From: a virus
Strand: one strand, 5' to 3'
IMG/VR virus record: IMGVR_UViG_3300012943_000002
Location: 1 to 64,000 of that record
DNA: 64,000 nucleotides
The stretch's first letter is position 1; the number at the start of each line of letters is the position of its first letter. Below are positions 54,901 through 63,308 of the stretch, one piece after another. Made by a program: the position numbers and the translations under genes. Below the pieces are notes generated by a model, which was given only the letters and a program-made list of their open reading frames with translations, searched no databases and was not told where the DNA came from.

Positions 54901-56662
54901 TAGGGAAGAAGAGAATGACAAAACTAGGAAGGAACTTATAAATACTAGAGATAGTCTAGGTAAAACCAGAACAGCTACAGCAGCTATAGATAACTTTTTA
55001 AACTGGATTAGGACTTTAAGGTTAGGTTATAACCTATCTTCTATGGCTACTAACTTCTTACAGGGAGTTACTTCTAATATGATTCTAGGAGCTTCTGATG
55101 AATATTTTGATCCCAAAGAATTATTTTATGGCTACAGAGTTATGAAATGGTCTTTTGCTAAGAATATTACATTTGGCTACCTTGAACATCCATTGGCTAA
55201 AAAGAATAGATCATTAGTAGAGAAGTTTAATATTATTATTGATAATAGAAACGAGTTACAAAAGAGCTACTCTAATAAAATACTAAATGCAGCTAATCCT
55301 TATGCAGGTAATCAAAGAGTTGAATATATGAATCAAAGTCCTCTTATGATAGCTGTTCTTAGGACTTTGAAAATAAAGGATAAGGCTGGAAATGAGAGTA
55401 GTGTATGGGATGCTTATAATAGTGATGGACATCTTAAAGATGAGTTTCAAACACCTGAAAACACTAAGAATTGGGAAGCTTTAGATGGAGATCAATATAA
55501 AGCTTTCAAACAGAAAGTCAATGGTTTAATTACTCTAGGACATGGTAACTATGATAAACTAAGAGGTATGATGGTTAAATCTAATTCTATGGGTAAAGCA
55601 GGTATGATGTTTAAGACATGGCTACCAGAAGCAGTTTATTGGAGATTTGGAAATCCTCAAGATAATATATTTTTAGGTAAACAAGGAACTAAAGGTATAT
55701 ATAGAAGTCATAATCCTGGAAGTGGACTAGTACATGGAGCTGTAGTAGGAGCTGCTATGTTTGGTCCAGTAGGCTCTCTTATAGGTGGTGCTTTAGGACT
55801 AGGAGCAGCAGCAGGATTTGGTACTTCTTCTGGAGTAGGTTTACTTAAAGAGACTCTTGAAGCTACTAGACTACTAGTTAAGAAAGCTATAGGTATGCCA
55901 GTAAATCTTATAACTGGAAAACAAATAATAAATCTTCATCAAAAACAATTCTTTGGTAAAGGAGAATATTTTGATTATGTAGGTAAAGGTCAGAAATTTA
56001 CTATACAAGATAGCAAGAATTTACAAGCTAATATGGCTGATATTGGATTACAGTTGATGTGGTTAGGATTAATATTAGCCGTTAAACATTTCTTTTGGGA
56101 TGACGATGATGACCCACAGGACAATGAAAGAATAGCACATAATATTTTAATGAATAACTTAATGAATTTAGGTTCACAGGCTTCCATGTATACAAATCCT
56201 GTAGCTTTTAAAGCTAATACTATAGAGAGTATAGCAGTGATAGACTATTTAAAACAGGTTGGTAAGGAAGCAGATAAAGTACAGAATTGGTTTAATGGAC
56301 AGGATATTATACAATCTGGTAGTGATGCTGGTCACTCTGCATTGGCTATACAAAGTAAAAAAATATTACTTCCGGGTATATTTAAAGATACTAGATTAGG
56401 ATTTAAAGCAGCAGGAGAAAGAGTATATCCTCAAGAAAGTCCCTATCATAAATACTTTCATAACGAAGAACATGATGAAAAGGATAGTAATAAGAGAGCT
56501 AGAGCTGAAAGGAGAGCTGAGTTATTAGAAAGTGATGAATATAAAGATATGAATAAACTAAGTGATGATGAACAAAAAGAGAAGAAAAAAGCCATACAGA
56601 AGATCATAGATGAAGAATTACCTACACCTAGTATGATTAAAAAACAGAAAGAAAAAGAGTAA
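51944..56662 (+). CDS. Large virion cargo / ejection protein after the RNAP
   Basis: 1572 aa; LGYN..S..TNF.QG and HGNY..MMFKTWLP motifs; C-terminal glycine-zipper hydrophobic hairpin. Confidence 0.75.
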   Translation: MPCSRDVEKAILDKVFDELTDRRYTFTRVMDDTVQINGVVDNPRTKATRRDISKAIAKELVERTKQSFQGQVRGTINDRSVYDPITVTFSVNPAYTQYEFNKLINPTIGDNTLLSASLNDEEERDDVNNNTGPNNRDNNNDNIFAGITEKYIQHKTIQLGNYKEQLGIIKGQKKVVGISKERLEALNKKERELKLLISGNEEIGVKGLEDELEEMRTKAKPVSYYMEKDLDRLNELSKSNKIEDITEANRIIQFIENSGKFDSSNTNPFFDRDDIFETNEDGEYTSTYKIDEDTRNAFGKWATKAVGFKNIVEEREKELSEININDNPLIKQTYGDKKQKYKDVFHTEEGLRDTDWFSMWFLDPTHGLASHNGLIPQVAMSNLIEATEAKERWSREMSDYIDNNEAAIKKELIRLGHDVNKLGITGVKSASFNLFKRVSKEGNESHDLVQRETKEYADERSRKLYIFDKAFKRAMSYTDYEQRNKGISKAFEELKKWRRESSIMVDPSRLTDEDYKKKLINLLGEKGYNEVVVEQEKAITNYNSYRQSSIETLLARENVNSYDELSDKAKNSIKEWEVSYSPENGYKDYNSVGGLYFGDKKRGHFNTYNIFIPRKFKAEIAANIDEDRYSITDTKQETGNWDKNFEEIQSSPILADFYSKLKEFCEVIYENLPYDLQERTSMYTLPGIMKTTAEIVNSNTETTGMLSRVSKAYQTIMDRFRTSFGVVKQGNISYLTEDPVTGKKNYKVNDSFLRNNSRAIDDRKLIENTKFLQAFNSDKLVPLDKIKKSTSLLLSQFNTSCLIQLAQYLHVDVAGQLQMSNVDAIRAKLDKTSDGNDYIVDIGRLIHDFSVHSVVQSQSFDLPKLMKYFSEMTMAYAARREALPINEILKKHYNRIQSPDTNNVGETLWNRITGKKGQEVAKVGVRTGAMRQFDNWFERVLLDNYGSKHVGVYGKENGPNGKIPFLGKTIYTTEERQKYNELQELIREEENDKTRKELINTRDSLGKTRTATAAIDNFLNWIRTLRLGYNLSSMATNFLQGVTSNMILGASDEYFDPKELFYGYRVMKWSFAKNITFGYLEHPLAKKNRSLVEKFNIIIDNRNELQKSYSNKILNAANPYAGNQRVEYMNQSPLMIAVLRTLKIKDKAGNESSVWDAYNSDGHLKDEFQTPENTKNWEALDGDQYKAFKQKVNGLITLGHGNYDKLRGMMVKSNSMGKAGMMFKTWLPEAVYWRFGNPQDNIFLGKQGTKGIYRSHNPGSGLVHGAVVGAAMFGPVGSLIGGALGLGAAAGFGTSSGVGLLKETLEATRLLVKKAIGMPVNLITGKQIINLHQKQFFGKGEYFDYVGKGQKFTIQDSKNLQANMADIGLQLMWLGLILAVKHFFWDDDDDPQDNERIAHNILMNNLMNLGSQASMYTNPVAFKANTIESIAVIDYLKQVGKEADKVQNWFNGQDIIQSGSDAGHSALAIQSKKILLPGIFKDTRLGFKAAGERVYPQESPYHKYFHNEEHDEKDSNKRARAERRAELLESDEYKDMNKLSDDEQKEKKKAIQKIIDEELPTPSMIKKQKEKE

Positions 56663-56680
56663 TGGTAATGTAAATTTTTT

Positions 56681-56712
56681 AAAAACCCACTAAACTTAAT
56701 TAGTGGGTTTTT
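56681..56712. terminator. Bidirectional terminator between convergent modules
   Basis: AAAAACCCACTAA-ACTTAA-TTAGTGGGTTTTT, a perfect 13-bp inverted repeat at the strand switch. Confidence 0.88.
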
Positions 56713-56944
56713 CTTTATCTATAGTTAATAAAGCTCCGGGATTTATTATAGTAGGTACTTTCTTCTCATTTACAAACTTAGCTATCTTATCGTATATAGG
56801 TTTTAATTCCTGTCTATCCATTAAATCTGCGTAAGTATAAAGAGTACGAATTGAAAAAGCAAAGTCTTCTAGTTCCCATATAGTCCACAACCCCGGAGGT
56901 TTAGATTTAACATCTTTTATAAACCTCTCTATTATAATATTCAT
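56696..56944 (-). CDS. Hypothetical protein
   Basis: ORF track; stop codon lies inside the terminator. Confidence 0.6.
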   Translation of the reverse strand: MNIIIERFIKDVKSKPPGLWTIWELEDFAFSIRTLYTYADLMDRQELKPIYDKIAKFVNEKKVPTIINPGALLTIDKEKPTN

Positions 56945-57255
56945 TCTGCTTCTGTTTTACTATTATAGACTTCTCTTAATGAACTAAACTCTTCTCCTGT
57001 ATCTATATTGAAATAATGACCACATCTCATATTAGGGCATTTACCTAGCTTTAGATTATCCTCTGTAGTTAATACTTCTAAAGCAGTAAAATTACTTCTA
57101 TTAAACTCAGTCCATCCATATAGAGCAGCTATTTTATCTAGTTCATAGTCTGATTTGCCTGAAAAAGTCTCTATTTTTCTTAATACATTTCTTATATCCC
57201 CCATATTCCAATCTGTATCACAATTAGGACATTTTCCATATTTGTCTAATGGCAT
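56941..57255 (-). CDS. Putative Zn-ribbon protein
   Basis: GKCPNC ... KCPNMRCGH. Confidence 0.65.
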   Translation of the reverse strand: MPLDKYGKCPNCDTDWNMGDIRNVLRKIETFSGKSDYELDKIAALYGWTEFNRSNFTALEVLTTEDNLKLGKCPNMRCGHYFNIDTGEEFSSLREVYNSKTEAE

Positions 57256-57259
57256 TATT

Positions 57260-57481
57260 TTAAGATTTAATTTTCTTTAAAGTACTTTTCTCTATATAAT
57301 GTAGTCCTTGCATAGGATAATCACTTTCTCCCAATATGTGAAATCTAAGTTTACTACCATCATTCATTCTAGTTTCTGCCAATAGTATCTCTTCTAACAC
57401 TTCATGTTCAAGTAATAAGTGATTATTTATTACTTTTACCACAATATGTACTACTCCTATACCTTCTTCTATGCTACCCAT
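57260..57481 (-). CDS. Hypothetical protein
   Basis: ORF track; packed in operon. Confidence 0.55.
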   Translation of the reverse strand: MGSIEEGIGVVHIVVKVINNHLLLEHEVLEEILLAETRMNDGSKLRFHILGESDYPMQGLHYIEKSTLKKIKS

Positions 57482-57750
57482 TATTTCTTATGTTTAGTAG
57501 TATCAGATTTAGGTTTTGCTGGAGTAGGAGGAGGAGCTAGCTGTGTATTGGCTTGTACTTGTATATCGTTTATAAGCTGTGCTGATTCTTCATAAGGAAG
57601 TTTAGACAAAGCTTTTAAAACTACATTTACCTGTGGTACAGTCATTTTAATACTAACAGTTTGATCTTGATTATTAGTAGGTGGTATAAATGCAAAAATA
57701 GTTATACTTGCTATTACCAATATAGCAAAACCATAGATTAAATTTCTCAT
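57481..57750 (-). CDS. Exported small helical protein resembling phage fibre-associated small proteins
   Basis: Hydrophobic N-terminus; IKMTVPQVNVVLKALSKLPYEESAQLINDIQVQA. Confidence 0.6.
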   Translation of the reverse strand: MRNLIYGFAILVIASITIFAFIPPTNNQDQTVSIKMTVPQVNVVLKALSKLPYEESAQLINDIQVQANTQLAPPPTPAKPKSDTTKHKK

Positions 57751-57770
57751 GTTTTATTGTTTTTAATTAT

Positions 57771-58553
57771 TTAAAATTTGATAATATTATAATTAACCCC
57801 TACACCTATATATGGTCTAGGTCTTAAATCATAGCTTAATCCTATACCTGTACTAAATCCTATACCCCAACTTTTCTGTTTAGGTACACTTACTTGAAAT
57901 GTTCTTAATACAGTAACTTTAGAATAAGGATTATAATTAATTACATCAGCAAAAGGTACTTTCTTGTTATAGCCTAATACAATTGCATATTTATTAATTA
58001 TACTAAGTTTAAAATTAGTACTGTCTACATAAGTTTTTATATCATAATCTATCCACTTATCAGAATATCTACTTTCAAAATATGGAATTATATTATTACC
58101 ATGTATTACTAAATTATTTCTATTATAGTGATTACTATCAATACTAAATATAATACCACTACTTCTTATTGTATCATTAGGAGTAGTTTTATTGATCTCA
58201 GTTTTAACAGTAGTATTAGTAACTGAACTACCAGCTTTAAGTTTATTTTTATACTCTGAAACCATTTTCTGTAGATCAACTATTTGACTATCCTTAATTT
58301 TTAAATCTATAAACTGCTTGGCAGTCTCCATTTGTAAGGCAGCCATTTCCACAGTAGTTGAAGCAGCTATATTTTTTCTTAAAGTAACAAGAGTATCATA
58401 TAAAGCATTAATAAGATTCTGTTGACTCTTCACTTCTCCTACTTTTCTATTACAACCATCTATATCTGCTATGATAGCAAGTATAGCTACTATTGAAGCA
58501 ATTATCATTATAAGTAGAGAATTATCACGTTTGTCTTTTGTAACTGTTTCCAT
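57771..58553 (-). CDS. Spanin-like protein
   Basis: N-terminal TM followed by DGC, coiled coil, and C-terminal amphipathic beta-hairpin WGIGFSTGIG..PYIGVGVNYNIIKF. Confidence 0.6.
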   Translation of the reverse strand: METVTKDKRDNSLLIMIIASIVAILAIIADIDGCNRKVGEVKSQQNLINALYDTLVTLRKNIAASTTVEMAALQMETAKQFIDLKIKDSQIVDLQKMVSEYKNKLKAGSSVTNTTVKTEINKTTPNDTIRSSGIIFSIDSNHYNRNNLVIHGNNIIPYFESRYSDKWIDYDIKTYVDSTNFKLSIINKYAIVLGYNKKVPFADVINYNPYSKVTVLRTFQVSVPKQKSWGIGFSTGIGLSYDLRPRPYIGVGVNYNIIKF

Positions 58554-58563
58554 ATATTTGTTT

Positions 58564-59025
58564 TTAATCTATTACTGCATGTATACCAGCGGTTACTTGT
58601 ACTTGTCCCATTACATATTTACCTATTATATAAGGTCCACTACCATTTTCTTTAATTATAGTAATTGGTAGTATTATTTTAATAGAATAACCTAATCCTT
58701 GTGAGTTTTTATCTTTATCATCAGTACTTTTAACATTCCAATAGTATCCCATTTGAGGTACTATTAAATTATATATAGAGTAACCAACTTTTAAAGATAT
58801 ATAACTATTATAGTTACCACTATTACTATTATGTACTATAGGTAAATCAAAACAACCATCCATAACTATATTATTATAATTGTATCCCCAACCAAATAAA
58901 GAAGCTACATAGGTATTATTAGTAATATCATAACCAATTCCATTCTCGAAATATACTTTGTTTTTTTGACTTACAGCTACTATTGATATAGTAGTAGCTA
59001 TAAGAATTAATATTATTTTTTTCAT
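58564..59025 (-). CDS. Exported outer-membrane beta-barrel-like protein
   Basis: MKKIILILIATTISIVAVS|Q; repeated Gly/Tyr-rich alternating strands. Confidence 0.55.
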   Translation of the reverse strand: MKKIILILIATTISIVAVSQKNKVYFENGIGYDITNNTYVASLFGWGYNYNNIVMDGCFDLPIVHNSNSGNYNSYISLKVGYSIYNLIVPQMGYYWNVKSTDDKDKNSQGLGYSIKIILPITIIKENGSGPYIIGKYVMGQVQVTAGIHAVID

Positions 59026-59029
59026 TTGT

Positions 59030-59524
59030 TTATGTTTTTATATCTGTACTTCCAAATCCACCCTCTCCTCTTTCAGTTTCATCTAGTTCTTCTACTTCTG
59101 TAAATACAATATCTTTATATTCAGATAATACAGCTTGTGCTACTTTATCACCTATATTTACTCTTACTGCTAATCCTCCTTTATTAATAAGAATAACTCC
59201 AATTTCTCCTCTATAGTCACTATCTATAGTACCGGGACTATTGAGTACTATTAAACCTTGTTTAATAGCATTACCACTTCTACTTCTTATTTGTAATTCG
59301 TATCCTGTTGGTATAGCTAATGAAAAACCACAGCCTACTAATAGCCTATCATTAGGCATTAAATCAATAAAACTACCTCCATCTACTAATCCTACAGGTC
59401 CATTACTTCTATATAATATATAACTTTTAAAATTACTAACTATTAAATCTACTCCTGCACTATATTTAGTGGCATATTTAGGTACTACTGCATTCTTATT
59501 TAATTTTTTAATCTTTACTTTCAT
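59030..59524 (-). CDS. dut: Trimeric dUTPase (start moved to ATG 59524)
   Basis: SAGVDL, IRSRSG, NSPGTIDSDYRGEI, VAQAV and RGEGGFGST motifs. Confidence 0.96.
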   Translation of the reverse strand: MKVKIKKLNKNAVVPKYATKYSAGVDLIVSNFKSYILYRSNGPVGLVDGGSFIDLMPNDRLLVGCGFSLAIPTGYELQIRSRSGNAIKQGLIVLNSPGTIDSDYRGEIGVILINKGGLAVRVNIGDKVAQAVLSEYKDIVFTEVEELDETERGEGGFGSTDIKT

Positions 59525-59798
59525 TAGTCTGTTGTTTAGTATAACAAAATTTATTTGCAAATTCTTTTAGTGAGAGTTCTACTTGCATTTTAATATCTTC
59601 AAGAGTTTTACCATTCCCTTCTGGTGCACCAGCTTCTATAAAATCATAAAAAGAATGAAAATGATATAAATCTATCTCTTCTTTTATAGGTTCTGCTACT
59701 CCACAATATAACTGTCCTACATATATTCTAATAGAACCAGTTACATTATCTTCTCTATGTTCACCACTCCATTCCTTAGTCTTCTTTAACTGTATCAT
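59508..59798 (-). CDS. Hypothetical protein
   Basis: ORF track; overlaps neighbours. Confidence 0.55.
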   Translation of the reverse strand: MIQLKKTKEWSGEHREDNVTGSIRIYVGQLYCGVAEPIKEEIDLYHFHSFYDFIEAGAPEGNGKTLEDIKMQVELSLKEFANKFCYTKQQTNESKD

Positions 59799-60195
59799 CT
59801 GTAATATTTTTATTAAAATCTAGAAATATAATTTTAGAGCTTTCTATTTCAGAAACAAACTCATCACTAGGTTTATCAAATAACGGATTATATACCATAT
59901 CTATTTTAATTTCATATTCTTCTCCGTACTTACCTTTTTTATATAATGAGTCAATATATTGTTCATTTCTTATAGCTATTTCCTTAGAGTATTTATTGAT
60001 AGCTTCTTGATCTATAGGACTTATACCTTTATTTCTAAATTCAGAATTATAACTCCACCATCCATCAGAAGTATATACAGATATATCATTAGTACTTGAA
60101 CCTCCTCCACCATCATTAAAATAAAAGGCATATATAGACTCTAAATCATCTATACCCCTTTTACACTTAACAGTATATTCATTAGTTTCCATCAT
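59776..60195 (-). CDS. Hypothetical protein
   Basis: ORF track; overlaps neighbours. Confidence 0.55.
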   Translation of the reverse strand: MMETNEYTVKCKRGIDDLESIYAFYFNDGGGGSSTNDISVYTSDGWWSYNSEFRNKGISPIDQEAINKYSKEIAIRNEQYIDSLYKKGKYGEEYEIKIDMVYNPLFDKPSDEFVSEIESSKIIFLDFNKNITDDTVKED

Positions 60196-60508
60196 CTATT
60201 AATTTATGTATCTCCTTTTGTGTTGTATTATATTCATATTCATACCAAGGGCTATTCTTAAAAAACTCCATTATTAATTCTATAGGTAAATCTTCTGCAT
60301 TTTGAACATTGGATATACCAGTCATGTGCAGTTGTAATCCATCAGGAATACCTAGTATAGTAGCTCCTGTTCCTGCTAGCTGTTGTATAGTACAAAATAG
60401 GCTAGTCTGTTCAATCCACTCTTTGAAACCGGGTATAGATTGAAAAACCCTATCTTTTACAACAGGGTCTTTCTGATCTTGAATACCTCCTTTTATTAAA
60501 TCGTGCAT
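60182..60508 (-). CDS. Hypothetical protein
   Basis: ORF track; follows nrdJ. Confidence 0.6.
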   Translation of the reverse strand: MHDLIKGGIQDQKDPVVKDRVFQSIPGFKEWIEQTSLFCTIQQLAGTGATILGIPDGLQLHMTGISNVQNAEDLPIELIMEFFKNSPWYEYEYNTTQKEIHKLIDDGN

Positions 60509-60518
60509 GGTTCTTCAT

Positions 60519-63155
60519 TTAACATTTTGAGTATCCGCAACTACTACACTTCTTACATCCCTCTTCATATATCATAGTAGTATTTCCACAATTGCTACAT
60601 TTCTCTTTGGTTTCTTCGTCAGGAATATATTTCTTTAAAATACGAGATATAATTTTAGGAAATGAAACTATATTTAACTGACATTTATTTACTTGCTCTA
60701 CTACATATCTTGGATGAACTCCATGTCTTAATAGTTGAGAAGCCATTCTGGTAAGCAAAATTTCATCTTTATGATCTGAACTTAGTTCTAGATGCTCTAT
60801 AGTATAAGAGTTAGATATGAAGCTATATTGACCCTGTTTATTCTTAATAATCTTCCCTTTGAGTTCACAGGTCATTAAGGGATTAGCAAACGCAAAAATT
60901 TCATAAGGCTTTCCATTTAGTAATCCTACTATGATAGCATATTCATGTCCATTCTTTCCCCAATAATAATGAGCTTCTAATTCTTTAGGTCTCTTAGGTG
61001 CATTAGTATAATCAAATTCATCTCTAATAACCTTATTAGTTTCATTAACTAATACTCCTGTTCTACTTCCATCTCTATAAACTGTTACTCCTTTAAGACC
61101 TGATTTCCAAGCAGTCATATAAATATTAGCTACTACAGATTTATCAACATCTTTAGGAAGATTAATAGTACTACTAATAGCATTACTAGTATACTTCTGT
61201 ATAATAGACTGCATTAATACTCTCTTTTCCCAACTAATATCATCTGCTTCACTACCATACCAAGGTGACTGTTTAAAACATTGTTCTACAGCTTCTTTAC
61301 TCCATTCATCACTACTTATAGTTTGAAAACCATCTAATTTTGTTTCAACTATCCACTCTTTAAACTTAGGATGTAGTACTGCATATTCCATCCATGTATC
61401 TCCATTTTGATCTACAAAATCTACTCTACTACCAGATTCACTAGGATTAATTTTCTTCCTTCTAATATAATAAGCTTTAAATAGAGGTTCTAATCCACTA
61501 GTAGTCTGAGTCATTAAACTAACTGTACCTGTAGGAGCTACTGTTGACCATGATACATTCCTTCTGCCATATTTTTGCATTCTTACTGCCTGTTCTGTAA
61601 AATCTTGAATCAACATTGTATAGAATGAATTTACACCATTCATACAGAAATTTCCGTTTCCTTTATCTATCCATTCAAATTCTTTATCTCTATTCCATCC
61701 AGTAAATGTACCTCTTAATATAGCCATATCAATAGTAGCATCTAATTCAGCTTCCATTTTAGTTTTCATTACTATTTCAGTAATCTGTAAAGCTTCATCA
61801 CTATCATACTTTAAATCTAATGCAGCTAACATATCCCCTAATCCTGTAAATCCTCCACCTGTTCTTCTACCTTCTTGAGCTTTAAATTTAATTCTACTCC
61901 ACAGTTTTAATTCTACCTCCTTAATTTCCATAGGTTCAGGATCACTCATTATTTTTTCTAATATCCTATCTATATATTCTACCTCCAAATCAACTAAATC
62001 ATCACCTAATCTTTGCTGCATATATGATTGTTCATATAATCTTTCTAAGTTCACTTTAGCATCAGGAGTAAATGGATCATCTACTATAGTAAAAAAGTTC
62101 TGAGCTATTAATCTACAGGTCTCATCTGCACTAAACCATTGTTCTCCACATGGGTTACATACAGTTGGAGCATATATTTCGTAAACTCCATCGGGACAAT
62201 AATCTTTAACTCTATCTATAAATGCTACTCCGGGTTCTGCATTCTTATGAGCCATATCTACTACTAAATCAAATAACTCTTTGGTATGAATTTTCATAAA
62301 AGATATACTTGTACTATTATTAGACTCTGTATATATTTTATTATATTCGTAGATGTTATAATTAGCTTTTAAGTTTATGTTAGCATCCACAGGAAAAGTG
62401 CAAATAAAATCTCCATCTTTTTCTACAGCTTTCATAAACCCATCTGTAAACATTACACTTACATTAGCCCCTGTTACTTTAGTCCTATCATCTTTCATTG
62501 TGACGAACTTAAATATATCAGGGTGTTTACATGACAAAAGGAGCATTAACGCTCCTCTTCTACCTCCTTGGGCTACTTCTCTTGTGCTGTTTGAAAATCT
62601 TTCTGCAAATGAAGGTACTCCTGTTGAACTTTTAGCTGCATTGCTTGTAGATGTTCCTGATGGTCTTAATGTATCTAAAGTCATTCCAACTCCTCCTCTA
62701 CGCTTCATTAGTTGTACCAACTCTTGGTCTGTTTTTAATATTCCACCATAACTATCATAAGGACTTCCTATTCCAAAACAATTAGATACTGAACCAAATA
62801 CATAAGGATTACCTAAATTAGACATTATGGAACCTTGAGGAACAATCCTACTAAACTTATCAAAATAAGAGAATATCTCATCTTCTATATCTTGTTCTGA
62901 TTGTATATTTCTTTTATAAAGCAAATCTTCCCCAAATTCGGATAAGTCTCTTACTTTATCCATAGTAGCAAGATTCTCTGGCTTTACATAGCTCCATTCA
63001 ATTCTAGCAAACTCTTTTGCCATTCTCCTATGCATTTGTTTTGGCAACTGTTCTACTTGTATTCCTTCTTTGTTTTTCATGGCATATTTATCAGCCCAGA
63101 CATCTGCGGCCATAGTATCGCCTTTAAAGCAGTCAATTGCTTTTATTGTGGTCAT
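60519..63155 (-). CDS. nrdJ: Class II (adenosylcobalamin-dependent) ribonucleotide reductase
   Basis: SNCF, KRRGGVG, CNPCGEQ, TVAPTGTVS, KGVTVYRDGSR and C-terminal EEGCKKCSSCGYSKC; no adjacent beta-subunit gene. Confidence 0.92.
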   Translation of the reverse strand: MTTIKAIDCFKGDTMAADVWADKYAMKNKEGIQVEQLPKQMHRRMAKEFARIEWSYVKPENLATMDKVRDLSEFGEDLLYKRNIQSEQDIEDEIFSYFDKFSRIVPQGSIMSNLGNPYVFGSVSNCFGIGSPYDSYGGILKTDQELVQLMKRRGGVGMTLDTLRPSGTSTSNAAKSSTGVPSFAERFSNSTREVAQGGRRGALMLLLSCKHPDIFKFVTMKDDRTKVTGANVSVMFTDGFMKAVEKDGDFICTFPVDANINLKANYNIYEYNKIYTESNNSTSISFMKIHTKELFDLVVDMAHKNAEPGVAFIDRVKDYCPDGVYEIYAPTVCNPCGEQWFSADETCRLIAQNFFTIVDDPFTPDAKVNLERLYEQSYMQQRLGDDLVDLEVEYIDRILEKIMSDPEPMEIKEVELKLWSRIKFKAQEGRRTGGGFTGLGDMLAALDLKYDSDEALQITEIVMKTKMEAELDATIDMAILRGTFTGWNRDKEFEWIDKGNGNFCMNGVNSFYTMLIQDFTEQAVRMQKYGRRNVSWSTVAPTGTVSLMTQTTSGLEPLFKAYYIRRKKINPSESGSRVDFVDQNGDTWMEYAVLHPKFKEWIVETKLDGFQTISSDEWSKEAVEQCFKQSPWYGSEADDISWEKRVLMQSIIQKYTSNAISSTINLPKDVDKSVVANIYMTAWKSGLKGVTVYRDGSRTGVLVNETNKVIRDEFDYTNAPKRPKELEAHYYWGKNGHEYAIIVGLLNGKPYEIFAFANPLMTCELKGKIIKNKQGQYSFISNSYTIEHLELSSDHKDEILLTRMASQLLRHGVHPRYVVEQVNKCQLNIVSFPKIISRILKKYIPDEETKEKCSNCGNTTMIYEEGCKKCSSCGYSKC

Positions 63156-63235
63156 ATTTTCAAGATTTTAAGGTTATTTGGTAATTAAGAAAGGGACTAT
63201 GAAGATACTAAAAAAAGCCCATAAATTGTAGAAAA

Positions 63236-63276
63236 ATAGCCACTAAATTGAAAAAATTTTCAACTTAAATGGCTAT
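63236..63276. promoter_or_regulatory. Imperfect long inverted repeat between thyX and nrdJ
   Basis: ATAGCCA..TAA.TTGAAAA-AA-TTTTCAA.TTA..TGGCTAT. Confidence 0.55.
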
Positions 63277-63308
63277 AAATCAATCTGTAATAATCAAAAT
63301 TAAAAGTA

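Noticed and set aside
1821-56187. Antisense and nested ORFs from the track (for example 1821-2144, 3499-3867, 7678-8121, 21632-21985, 42805-43194, 48842-49072)
   Set aside because: They overlap well-supported genes and read as shadow translations with no recognisable motifs.
58471-62751. + strand ORFs 58471-58671, 59241-59423 and 62377-62751
   Set aside because: Antisense shadows of the spanin/OMP-like, dut and nrdJ genes.
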